64,000 nt of DNA from Mobula hypostoma (taxonomy: Eukaryota), in NCBI RefSeq assembly GCF_963921235.1, contig NC_086097.1, positions 130,822,001-130,886,000 on the forward strand, given 5' to 3'. The number at the start of each line of letters is the position of its first letter. The stretch's first letter is position 1. Below, one piece after another: positions 27,849 through 39,637 of this stretch. The notes below the pieces were generated by a model. It saw only the letters and a program-made list of their open reading frames with translations, was not told the DNA's origin and did no database searches. Made by a program: the position numbers and the translations under genes.

Positions 27849-28862
27849 CACTCAGCAGCCACTTTATTAAAAGCACCTTTCTATTACTGGGTAGGAACGT
27901 CCTCCTCCCTTTGCCTCCAGAACAGCGTGAATTGCTTCAAGATTCTGGTCCACGTTGACAAGATAGAATCACACAGCTGCTGCAGATTTGTTGGCTCACA
28001 TTCATGCTGCAAATCACTCATTCCACCACATCCCAAAGGTGCTCTATTGGATTGAGATCTGGTGACTGTGAAGGCCATTGAAGTACAATGAACTCATTGT
28101 CACATTCGTGGAACCAGCTAGAGATGAGATGTGTTTTGTGACATGGTGTGTTACCCTGTTGGAGGAAGTCATTAGAAGGTGGGTAGACTGTTGCCATAAA
28201 GGGATGTACCTGGTCAGCAACACCACTCAGGTAAGCTGGGGCATTTAAATGATGCTCAATTGATATTAAGATGCCTCATCTGAGGGTAGTGGGTTGGAGA
28301 TGCGTCTCTACCAAAGGAGGTGTAAGGCGCTCCTAGACTGCATGTCACCCTTCGACAAGGTGTAGCACCTGTTTAGCATCTTTTGCTGCTGTAGCCTAGT
28401 CACTTCAAGGTTCACCATGCTGTGTATTCAGAGATGCTCTTGTGCACACCACTGTTGTAATGTGTGGTGATTTGAGTTACTGCCACTTTCCAATCGGCTT
28501 GAACCAGTCTGACTGTTCTTCTGACCTCTCACATTAGCAAGGCTATTTCACCCACAGAACTGCCACTCTTTTTTTTTTGCACCATTCTCTGTAGAGACGG
28601 TTGTGTGTGAAAATCCCAAGAGATCAGCAGTTTCAGAGGTACTCGAACAACCCTGACTGGCACCACCAACAATCATTCCACAGACAAAGTCATTTTGATC
28701 ATATTTCTTCCCCACTCTGATGTTTGGTCATAACCACAAATGAACCTCTTGACTACGTCTGCATTCTTTTTTACATTGAGTTACTGCCACGTGATTGGAT
28801 GATTAGACATTTATGTCAACGAGCAGGTGTACAGCTGTGCCTAATAAAGTGGCCACTGAGTG
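27849..28862 (-). mobile_element. Internally deleted Tc1-family transposon with DD36E-type spacing
   Basis: TA at 27847-27848 and 28863-28864; imperfect TIRs CACTCAG(TG/CA)GCCACTTTATTA. Minus-strand remnant QQGNTPCH...WPSQSPDLNPIEHLWDVVE. Confidence 0.88.
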
Positions 28863-30118
28863 TATTCCTCTCAGCTCAGCACTTGCAGACCTGAGTTCCT
28901 CCAGCATTTTGTGTGTGCTTATCGCTCAAAGGTTTCTAGCATCTGCAGAATCTTATTTCTCTCACTTGGTTGAAATGAAATATCTTTTTCGCAGATTTTA
29001 CCTGATCAAAGTATTTCTAGCAATGGCTTCTTAATGTCAAAAATTTCCTTCAATTGAACACTTGGGAAATAAAAACTACCACCTTATGCCATCACCACAA
29101 TCTCAATTCATTAGTATTGAACGCATTGCTCTATCTGACAGATGTATTAAATTGAATAGTCTCTGAAAGCTTTGTGTAATTTTCAGCCCCAAGATGAGCA
29201 ATCATCTAAAGTAACATCAATGAATTTCCAAGTCAGAATGGAGTGCCAGCTTGGAGGGCCACTGGCAGTTTGTGACATTTGTATGCACCTTCTGTACATC
29301 CTTTTTAGTGGCACAGATAATGGATTTGGGAAGTGCTGTCAGAGTCACCTTACCAGGTTGGAAATGGGTACAGAGGAAGGGAAGAGCATAGACACACACA
29401 GATTTCAAAAAACAATGTTAAACTACAAGTGAATGTTGAATAAAACTCAGGGCAAACTTGAGGAATTTATGCAAACCAATTGCTAATGCCTCTTCAAGGG
29501 AATAACCCCACGAAAGCAGTTCAATATTGATTTGATAAATCCTGGGACTTGAGCATTTTGCATTGGTTTCTCCTCAATCCTGGAAAACTGTGACATAAGG
29601 AGATAAGCATGTTATAATAAGCCTTGCTTTGATTTTGCTGGGCCCTTAAAGCTCCACTTTTCTGATGAGACTGCTTAAAAATCTGTAACACTTACATCTA
29701 CAGTTTAATTACAGAAATATTTGAATAGTGCATTATATCCACAATGCATAAATCATTCTACATCTGGTGCATCATAATTCTCATGATAAGAAAAGCACCA
29801 ATATTCATCAATTTTTCACTTTAAGGGGTTATTTATATAGCTTTAAGTTGCTTTCAGAATTAGCTTTGCTAAATGCCTTCCTTTAAAATTACTACAAAGT
29901 CCTTGATTCATTTTCTAAATTCAAAGTTTTGTATAAGTAAAGAGAAAAGGTTCTCTGTAAACTGGTTGAGAACTAATAGAATGCCTATAAATTCATAACC
30001 ATTTAATTGCTTTAAGTTCATAAACTCTTTTATGTATTTTACTTCAGAAGCAAAACCATAAACTTCAAGGAGTTTTGTTCCAAATCACAAAGCATGAATA
30101 ACCAAATATGATACTCAC

Positions 30119-30194
30119 CAGAAGCTACTACTGTGCTGGCCCAGAGTGTATTTTCTGCACCCAGACTTTCATGGATTGAAGGGTCACTATCTTC
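30119..30194 (-). CDS. ATP9B: ATP9B coding exon; 76 nt, [25 protein letters not shown](G)
   Basis: Acceptor ttgcAG (30195-30196) and donor GTgagt (30117-30118); phase 0/1. Continues in frame from the previous exon. Not in the ORF track. Confidence 0.95.
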
Positions 30195-30554
30195 CTGCAA
30201 AGAAATAAATGTAAATATATTTTGCGTTTGTGCAAAAAAATCAGCTTAATACAAATTATTTCTTTGCCAACAATGCTTAAAGTTCATAAACAGATTAAAA
30301 AGAGCAGGCCACTTTCTGGCATCATTGGATTACAAAATGTGTGGACTTTTTCTTTACTGCAAAAGGCTACAGAACACGGGAGGAATTCAATTGCCAGAAC
30401 CAATGATGCGCTTTCTGCTGTGTCACCGATTTTCTTCGTTTGGCCCATGCCCATGGGCTTATTTATATATACTTATTGTCACTGATAGTTTTATTATGTG
30501 TTGCAATGTATTACTGCCGCAAAACAAATCTCACGATATATGCCAGTCATGGGT

Positions 30555-31030
30555 ATAATGAGAGCTGAGCGGTGACTATGCACACATCCCTGAGGTGCGC
30601 CAGTGCTGTTCGTCAGCGAGGAAGAGATATTACCACCAACCCACACATTGTGGTTTTCCGGTTAGGAAATTAAGACTGCAATTGCAGAGTGAGGTACAGA
30701 GGCCCAGGTTCTGTATCTTATTGATCAGGATTGTGGGGATAATGGTGTAAAACCCTGAGCTATAGTCAATGAACATCATCCTGAATAGGTGTTTGTATTA
30801 TCCAGGTGATCTAAGGCCATGTGAAAAGCCATTGAGATTGCATATGCCGTAGACCTATTGTGGTGATAGATAAATTGTAGTGGGTCCAGGTCCTTGCCTG
30901 AGGCAGGAGTTCATTCCAGCCATGACCAACCTCTAAAGCATTTCATCAGCGTAGATGTGAGCGCTACTAGGCGGTAGTCATTAAGGCAGCTCACACTTCG
31001 CTTAGACGCTGGTGTAATTGTTGCTTTTGT
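30555..31030 (-). mobile_element. Rex1/Babar-type LINE RT fragment
   Basis: Remnants of NDYRxVALTS, DPLQF and IDYSSxF motifs. Confidence 0.65.
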
Positions 31031-32136
31031 GAGGCCCAGATACACATGGAATGAAACATTCAGGGAGACTTAATGTTATTTTATAGGAAGATTTTTTGTG
31101 TTTTCTTGCGTTATCATTGTAATGCAGCATCATTATTATCACTGTAGAAATTTGCAATCATAGAATACTCTGACAGCAAACAGTTGGCAAGGGATGCCAC
31201 AAAGTGCCTTAATTAGTTCAAGATACATTGTTCATTACAAAACATGAATTATTACACATCAGTTACTGGTAATGAAGAGTAGGCTCGATGATAAAATGAG
31301 GAGCAGTACGAGACCTCAGAGAATTTCCATTTTGACCTCAATGGCAAAATTGTGGTCTCAGTGCTTTCTACAATACAGACACTGAAATTCAGCTAATGAC
31401 CATTTACTGGACTAGTACAATTAAAAAATGGACAACTTCACCAGTGTTGCTCAATAAAAGGCCTTAATTGTCTGGACATCAAAATGAATGAAATTTTGAA
31501 CATTTATCCAGCTATTCATATTTTATAAACACAAGAGCACACCCTTGAACAGAAAATCAGAAATTGTTTCCTTTGAAAACAAGTGACACTGAACAAAACT
31601 CACTGACACAAAACCCCCCTGCTGACTTTTAAAACTTTAACATCCCCCAAATTTCCCCGAATAGCATTTCTGCAGTTCACACAAGATATTACTCATAAAC
31701 ACCACTGAAGAAAAGCACTTGATAGGACTAGAAATGGATTCTGAAAGCTTCTACAGATGTACCATGGACAGCATTCTGACAGGCTGCATCAGCATCTAGT
31801 ATGGGAGGAGGGCTACTGCACAGGATTGAAAGGAGCTATAGAAAGTTGTAAAATGAGTCAGCTCCATCACGGGTACTAGCTTCCATAGTATCCAAGACTT
31901 CATCAAGGAGCGGTGTCTCAGAAAGTCACGTCAATTATTAAGGTCACCCATCACTCAAGACATGTCCTCTTCATATCATTACCATCAGGAAGGAGAGTCA
32001 GAAGTCTGAAGGTACACATTCAGCAATTCAGGAACAGTTTCTTCTCCTCTGCCACCCAATTTCTAAATGGACAGTGAACCCATGGAAACTACCTCAATTT
32101 CTTTTCAATTATTTCTATTATTAACTTAACTATTTA

Positions 32137-33670
32137 CTTTACTTTATTGTTGCCAAACAATTGATACTAGAACGTATAATCATCACAGCAATATTTGACT
32201 CTGTGCTTCACACTCCCTGGAGTACATATCAATAGTAAATATTAAAAATTTAAATTATAAATCATAAATAGAAAATTGAAAAGGGAAAGTAAGGTAGTGC
32301 AAAAAAACCAAGAGGCAGGTCCAGATATTTGGAGGGCACGGCTCAGGTTCGGGTCAGGATCTGTTCAGCAGTCTTATCACAGTTGGAAAGAAGCTGTTCC
32401 CAAATCTGGCCGCATGAGTCTTCAAGCTCCTGAGCTTACTCCCAAAGGGAAGAGAGACGAAAAGTGTGTTGGCTGGGTGGGTCATGTCCTTGGTTATCCT
32501 GGCAGCACTGCTCTGACAGCGTGCGGTGTAAAGAGAGTCCAAGGACGGAAGATTGGTTTGTGTGATGTGCTGGGCCGTGTTCATGATCTTCTGCAGCTTC
32601 TTCCAGTCTTGGACAGGACAACTTCCATACCAGGTTGTGATGCACCCGAGAAGAATACGTTCTATGGTGCATCTATAAAAATTAGTGAGGGTTTTAGGGG
32701 ACAGGCCAAATTTCTTTAGCTTTCTCAGGAAGTAAAGGCGCTGGTGGGCCTTCTTGGCAGTGGACTCTGCTTGGTTGGACCAAGTCAGGTCACCTGTGAT
32801 ATTGACCCCGAGGAACTTAAAGCTTTCGACCTGTTCCGCTTGCGCACCACCGATGTAAATTGGGTCGTGCGGTCCGCGACTCCTTCTGAAGTCAACAACC
32901 AATTCCTTCGTCTTGCTGACGTTGACGGATAAGTTATTGTCTTCGCACCATGCCACCAGGTTATTAATTTTCTCTCTGTACTCAAACTCATCATTACCCG
33001 AGATACGTCCAACAATTGTGGTGTCATCAGCAAAATTACATACTGAGCTCGATGGAAACTTAGCTACACAATCATGGGTGTACAGTGAGTACAACGGGGC
33101 TGAGTACACAGCCTTGTGGGGTACCGGTGCTCAGAGTGATTGTAGAGGAGAGCTTGTCCCCTATTGTTACAGCCTGGGTCCTGTCTGCGAGGAAGCTGAA
33201 GATCCAGCTGCAGATCTGAGCGCTAAGGCCCAGGTTCCGGAGCTTAGGAATCAGTTTATTTGGAATGAATGTATTAAAGGCAGAGCTGTAGTCAATGAAA
33301 AGGAGCCTTACGTATGCATCTTTATTCTCCAGGTGTTCTAAGGAGGAATGTAGGGCCAGAGAGATGGCATCTGTTGTTGACCTGTTGCTCTGGCAGGCGA
33401 ATTACAAAGCGTCGAGGTTGACCGGTAGGCTGTGGTTGATGTGTGCCATAACCAATCTCTCGAAGCACTTCATAGCAATTGATGTCAGAGCCATAGGTCG
33501 ATAGTCATTCAGGCATGCCACCTTGCTCTTCTTCGGCACTGGGATTATCGTTGCCTTCTTAAAACATGAGGGGATCTTAGACTGAAGCAAGGAGCAGCTG
33601 AAGATGTCAGCAAACACTCCAGCTAGCTCGCTTGCACAGGCCTGGAGAACCCGTCCCGGGACGCCATCTG
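32137..33670 (-). mobile_element. Rex1/Babar-type LINE, RT and 3' segment
   Basis: ORFs 33402..33722 ([18 protein letters not shown]) and 32354..33109 (251 aa, FADDTT); (AGTAA)n tail. Confidence 0.92.
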
Positions 33671-35100
33671 AGGTCAAGATGGCGCTGGTATCTGGCGACT
33701 CTGCATGTGCTCTCCCGAGCAAACTGCCCTTTACACTATCCTATACCTGAGAAACCCTTCTAAACCTCCAATCTGCTACATCTAGCAAGATCAACAACAC
33801 GCTGGCGAAGCTACTGACCCAGGCTGGAGATCACCGTGCCAGAACTGCTTCTTCACCTCTGGACCGCACCTGGACCCGACCAGCGAAGCCTGGTCCGAGG
33901 CCCACCACATTCCCGGAGACCCACAGCCTGCTACCGTGCAGGAGCACTTGGAGACGCGGCCCATTCCGACCAGCACTTCTCACAGCAGACAACTAAACAG
34001 AAGTGATGTCGGAGACCTCAAGGGGCCTCCAGATGCTTCCCCGGAGTGATCACTGTAAAGCCCCGTTGGTGGACATCCACAGTTGCCGGAAGTGAGGCCT
34101 CGGCCGCCAACCTCAGAAATCGAGCCCGAGGCTCAGCAGGAGCGGAGGCCTCTGCAACCATGACTCAGCTCACGGACTTGTTTCAGCCAGGAGCCCGGCC
34201 CTCCGGGATTAAGTGTCGACCTCGGGGCCCGACCCAATCGACAGTCCCGGCCCCCGGCAGCTGCAAGTGGCAGCAGAGCCTCCCCTGTCACTCAGCCCAA
34301 CCCAGAGCACCCGACGCTGCGTCCACCAACCTCAAAGAGCTGACAAGAAAACACACTGCATTGATGGAAACCTGGAAAGATGCACTATTTATCGAGGAAG
34401 TGTGGGAAAAGAGCTAGGCTGCTGGTCAGATTGAAGCTGAGGGGCTTCAGGGTCCCTATGCCCACCAACCTACTAGTGTATGTGCAAGCCATAGAGAACA
34501 AGGTGGATGATCTTAAAGGGAGACTCAGCTACCGCAGGGAGACGCAGAACTGCTGTGTATTCTGTTTCACCAAGACCTGACTCTCCCCTGCCACCCCCAA
34601 CTGTGCCCTCCAACCGGAGAGATTTTTGATCCATCGGATGGACCGCATGGCGTCTTCGGGCAAGACAAGGGGAGGTGGTGTCTGCCTACTGATCAACACT
34701 AAGTGGTGCTCGGATACAGTGGCACTGACAAGCTCCTGCAGCCCGGACCTGGAACACCTGTCGGTGAAGTGTTGTCCCTACTATCTGCCACAGGAATTCA
34801 CCTCATTCATACTGACAGCGGTCTACATTCCCCCCCGCCAGGCGGATGTGGAGTGTGCTCTGAACATACTGTATGCCAACATCAGTGAACTTGAGATCAG
34901 GTATCCGGAGGCTTTGCTCATTACAGCTGGAGACTTTAACCAGGCCAACCTCAGAAAGGCGCCTGCCAAAGTTATACCAACATGTCTCCTGCCCCACTAG
35001 AGGCCCAAGTATACTTAACCACTGCTACATAGCAGTCAAGGATGCCTACCGTTCCGTCCCATGATCTCACTTCAGAAAATCGGACCATCAGGCCGTACTA
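33671..35100 (+). mobile_element. Rex1/Babar-type LINE 5'UTR and APE endonuclease segment, opposite in orientation to the adjacent RT segment
   Basis: Starts with CAAGATGGCG (YY1-like), GC-rich UTR, then EN motifs GGGVCLLIN, AVYIPP, AGDFN, SDH. Confidence 0.85.
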
Positions 35101-35463
35101 AATGTGCTAGACGCTACTGAACTATTTAGTATACATATAAACTTACTGTAATTATTTTTTCTCTATTTATCATGGATTGCATTGTACTGTTGCCACTAAG
35201 TTAACAACTTTCATGACATAAGCCTGTGATGCTAAACCTGATTCTGATTATTTCAGAATACATTTGCACCTGGATTGCACCTGTTCACTCCACTAAAGGC
35301 AATGTAACTGCAAAACATATTATGCAATTTTCAGCAAGTAATTAAACAGAAAAACTCCTTGCCACTGTCCTCAAAAGAAAGTTTTTCTTTAAAAAAAAAG
35401 CTTACTTTTTCAATTTAAGAGAAATGCCCGAGTTGACACCATTTCATTTCTTTTTAATACTAA

Positions 35464-37056
35464 CTAGACAACGGGGTGACCCGTTGGGGCACCCTTTGAG
35501 AGAAGGGTAGTGCAGTCTGATGTGACCAGAATGGACATTAAATTTTCCTGAATGCTACTGCTATCTCTTTGATTTGGAAATTAAAGAAGAAAAACAGGTT
35601 ATTAAAGAAGGAAGATGCATAGAAAGACAAATATGTGACCAGAATGATCATTAAATATCCATGCAGTAAATTTGAAGGAATCGGGCTGGCTGGGTCGGGT
35701 CTGGAATTAAATGTCCGATGTAATGATGGATTTGGCCTTGAATAACCACAGAAGGATTCCATCGATTCGTAGTTGGAATGACTTCTTTGGCATCAAAGGA
35801 TTTCATTTGGAAGAGGCAATTGTATTGTCTGATGTTCTTCCTGAACTCGTTTGCAATAGGTTCATCACTGCTGTACAAATTGAGGAGTTCATTGGGTAGA
35901 GGCTGCAAATTGCCTATCCTGACCTTTCCCTTCATTCAGCAGAAATGTGCGGCTTCTCCAGTGAATAGGAAGGCATGACAGTGAGGGCATACTCTGGTCA
36001 TTGAACCGACATCAGCAGAAATGTGACAGCATGCGAGTCGTGCATTTTGCCTTGCTCTTTCTCTGTCGAGGTATTGTCGTCGAAAGCGGCCATTGTCATC
36101 TTCAGCAACTCTCGCAATAATTACTCCGTGCCGCATATTCTCGAGTTGATCTTTCCTTTTCTTCTCTGTCTCTTCCTCTCTCCTCCTCCTCTGCCTGTTT
36201 TGGTCATTCTGGAGATGCACAGCCCTTTCATCCTTCGTCTCTTCATCTCTTCTACGATTTGCTCTTCCTCTCTGATCCTGCAGCCTTGCGGCCCTGGCCT
36301 GATCAGATTCTTGTTCTCTCCTCCGTTTGTGCCTATTGTTGCCATTTTGGAGACATGCATGCCTGTTCCCCCCCTGTCTCGTCTTCTCTCATCTTTTTTG
36401 TCCTGACTCTTTGATCCTGGAGTCGTGCGGCCCTGGCCTCATCCGATTTTTGTTCTCTCCCTCTCCTTGCCGCTTCCCAACGACGTTTGGCGTCATCTCT
36501 TGACCATAATGTCCACCTTCTCTTTCCACGTGGAATAATTAGGCTATCCATATATTTTTACCCTAATGCTTGACAGAAGATAGGAAGCAGTAACACCAAG
36601 GCTTCCAGGCTGCAGAGGCTGGCCGTGCGCATGCGTCGGGCTGTGGCGTCGCAGTCTCCATGGAAGGTGGAAGCAGCTCTGTGAGCATGGTAAGGCGCTG
36701 CTGAAGCTGGCCGTGCGCATGCATCATGGTGTGGCATCGCGGTCTCCATGGAAGGTGGAAGCTACTCTGTGAGCACCGTGAGGTGCTGCTGAAGCTGGCC
36801 ATGCGCATGCATCGGTTTGTGGCATCCCAATTTCCATGATGGCCGATTGGGTCTCGGGTGAAAGGCAGCCTGTTGATTTTTGGCAAATGAGCCATTTTAT
36901 ACGAATATATAACCCTGAAGCGCGCCTGCATTCTGTAAGTTAGCACATTTTAATTTGATTTAGCCGAAAAAAGTGGGCTATAATGCACTGTTTGTGCTAA
37001 TTGAAGGTCACAAACAGACAGACAGACAGAGCATGAGAGTTTTAGTAGTATATAGA
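35464..37056 (-). mobile_element. Non-autonomous Helitron, 1593 bp, retaining the RepHel N-terminus
   Basis: Minus strand reads A|TCTATATACTACTAAAA...(CTGT)n at the 5' end and GC-rich hairpin plus CTAG|T at the 3' end, with no TSD. Coding remnant GSMTRVCPHCHAFLFTGE..FC*MKGKV..FRKNIRQYNCLFQMKSF..IQGQIHHYIGHLIP..FLQIY. Confidence 0.93.
36618..36840. repeat. 88-bp minisatellite, about 2.5 units, in the Helitron 5' region
   Basis: GCTGGCC(G/A)TGCGCATGC recurs at 36618, 36706 and 36794. Confidence 0.9.
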
Positions 37057-38119
37057 TGGTCACTTCAGTGTAAACAAACAGCTCTTCTGCACAGAAACTT
37101 CATTAAGGTGCGCTCAATCAGAACAGATCTCAAATGAATATATATCTCAAGCACAACTTACAGTTTACTAATTCGTGACCAAGTTAGAGAAATTGGCCAC
37201 CCATCAGGGCTTTGCTTCATGTTTAGAATCAGAACATCTCTCAAATATTGATGTTGCATTTATTTCTTCAGGTTTAGAGTTATGCATTTCTGAGCTGAGC
37301 TGGTCTAAAATTTCTTGCCTATATATTGTAGGGTGTAAAAATGCTGGCAATGTCCATTTATTTGTGTGCTCAATTGCCCTTAAGTTACAGTGGAAAGTCA
37401 TCTTAAATCAATGAAGTCAGTTTTGAATAGGGAGCTCTATGATTCTGGCTACATAACAAGCAACAAGTTAGTGAGCAAGTTAGTATTGAAAAAGACTTGG
37501 GTGCAGTGTTCCCAAATCACCACATTGTCTTTCCATGGCTAATAAAGACAGAAAACATGTGCATTACTTTATTCTAAATAGTGTATTTGTTTTAAGTGAT
37601 TTTGAAGTTCCAAGGGAAGTGTGAGGCATGGTTTAGTGGGCAACATTCAGAACTATAGGTTCAAGTTCCCCGTCATAGTCTACAAAAGACTTAGTTCTCT
37701 CCACCTCTAATTCCATAGACCTCTAAACTCTTGTAATATGGCTGGACTGTACATCATCCAACTCCTTTGACTACCATTAGCAGGTAACAGACCCTACAAT
37801 ATGAAATTAACTTCATCTTCTCTACTATTAAAATAGATCTTACAACCTACCATTTTGAAAACACCATTTCTTCTTCCTCCACAAAGTTTTGACATTAACA
37901 TTGCTGCCAAAAATCTCCAAGAATTTAGTTTTCCCTACCTGCAAACATAACTTACAAAAGTGATGGGACTGATAGTCATTCTGAGATCCACACAGATCAA
38001 GACACAGAATCCAAAGCTTGAACAACTTATGCTATTTGCATAATTGACCTTCCCGAAAGTCTGTACAAAGTTCACCAAGAGTACACTACTCTGCATAATG
38101 GAGAAAACCATGTTATATA

Positions 38120-39637
38120 CAAACCCAATTTCCAGAAAAGTTGGGATATTTTCCAAAATGCAATAAAAACAAAAATCTGTGATATGTTAATTCACGTGAA
38201 CCTTTATTTAACTGACAAAAGTACAAAGAAAAGATTTTCTATAATTTTACTGACCAACTTAATTGTGTTTTGTAAATATACACAAATTTATAATTTGATG
38301 GCTGCAACACGCTCAACAAAAGTTGGGACGGAGTTAAAATAAGATTGAAACGTGCACAGAATATTCAAGTAACACCGGTTTGGAAGACTCCACATTAAGC
38401 AGGCTAATTGGTAGCAGGTGAGGTATCATGACTGGGTATAAAAGTAGCGTCCAAAGGCTCAGTCTTTGCAAGCAAGGATGGGTCGTGGCTCACCCCTTTG
38501 TGCCAAAATTTGAGAGAGAATTGTTAGTCAGTTCAAAAGGAACATTTCTCGACACAAGATTGCAGAGAATTTAGGTCTTTCAACATCTACAGTACATAAT
38601 ATTGTAAAAAGATTCAGTGAATTCAGAGACATCTCAGTGCGTAAAGGGCAAGGTCGGAAACCTCTGTTGAATGTGCGTGATCTTCGAGCCCTCAGGCGGC
38701 ACTGCCTAAGAAACCGTCATGCTACTGTGACAATTATAGCCACCTGGGCTCGGGAGTACTTTGGAAAACCATTGTCACTCAACACAGTCCGTCGCTGCAT
38801 CCAGAAATGCAACTTGAAACTGTATTACGCAAGGAGGAAGCCATACATCAACTCTATGCAGAAACACCGGCGAGTTCTCTGGGCCCGAGCTCATCTCAGA
38901 TGGACCGAAAGACTGTGGAACGTGAGTCCACGTTTCAGCTAGTTTTCAGAAAAAACAGGCGTCGAGTTCTCCGCGCCAAAAATAAAAATGATCATCCAGA
39001 TTGTTATCAGCGAAAGGTGCAAAAGCCAGCATCTGTGATGGTATGAGGGTGCATCAGTGCCCACGGCATGGGTGAGTTGCATGTATGTGAAGGTACCATT
39101 GACTCTGAGGCGTATATTAGGATTTTAGAGAGACATATGTTGCCATCAAGGCAACGTCTCTTCCTGGGACGTCCATGCTTATTTTAGCAGGACAATGCCA
39201 GATCACATTCTGCACGGGCTACAACAGCGTGGCTTTGTAGACACAGAGTGCATGTGCTTGACTGGCCTGCTGCCAGTCCAGATCTATCTCCTATTGAAAA
39301 TGTATGGCGCATCATGAAGAGGAGAATCAGACAACGGAGACCACGGACTGTTGAGCAGCTGAAGTCTTATATCAAGCAAAAATGGACAAAATTTCCAATT
39401 GCAAATCTACTACAATTAGCATCCTCAGTTCCAAAACAATTAAAAAGTGTTATTAAAAGGCAAGGTGATGTAACACAATGGTAAACATGCCTCTGTCCCA
39501 ACTTTGTTGAGTGTGTTGCAGCCATCAAATTCTAAATTTGTGTATGTTTACAAAATACGATTAAGTTGGTCAGTAGAACTATTGAGGTTTTTATTGCATT
39601 TTGGAAAATATCCCAACTTTTCTAGAAATGAGGTTTG
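38120..39637 (+). mobile_element. Near full-length Tc1 (DD34E) transposon with long IR/DR-type TIRs; inactive
   Basis: TA at 38118-38119 and 39638-39639. Terminal CAAACC..TTTC.AGAAAAGTTGGGATATTTTCCAAAATGCAATAAAAAC at both ends; inner AAAGTTGGGAC repeats. Confidence 0.95.
38478..39484 (+). pseudogene. Tc1 transposase pseudogene
   Basis: MGRGSPL..., GRKP motif, QDNA followed by 34 aa to the E of SPDLSPIENVW. Premature stops and a frameshifting deletion near 38920 that removes the first catalytic D (WSDE). Confidence 0.92.

Larger units (their letters stand above)
31740..35250 (+). mobile_element. Old Rex-type LINE 3' end (31740-32136 plus 35120-35250) hosting the inverted insertion
   Basis: FYRCTMDSILTGCI remnant; 3'UTR continues after 35120 to a GATTCTGATT-type tail, as at 57500-57926. 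Confidence 0.7.

Noticed and set aside
36618..36840. Regularly spaced repeats suggestive of a CRISPR array
   Set aside because: Whole 88-bp units repeat with no unique spacers; eukaryotic context and no cas genes.
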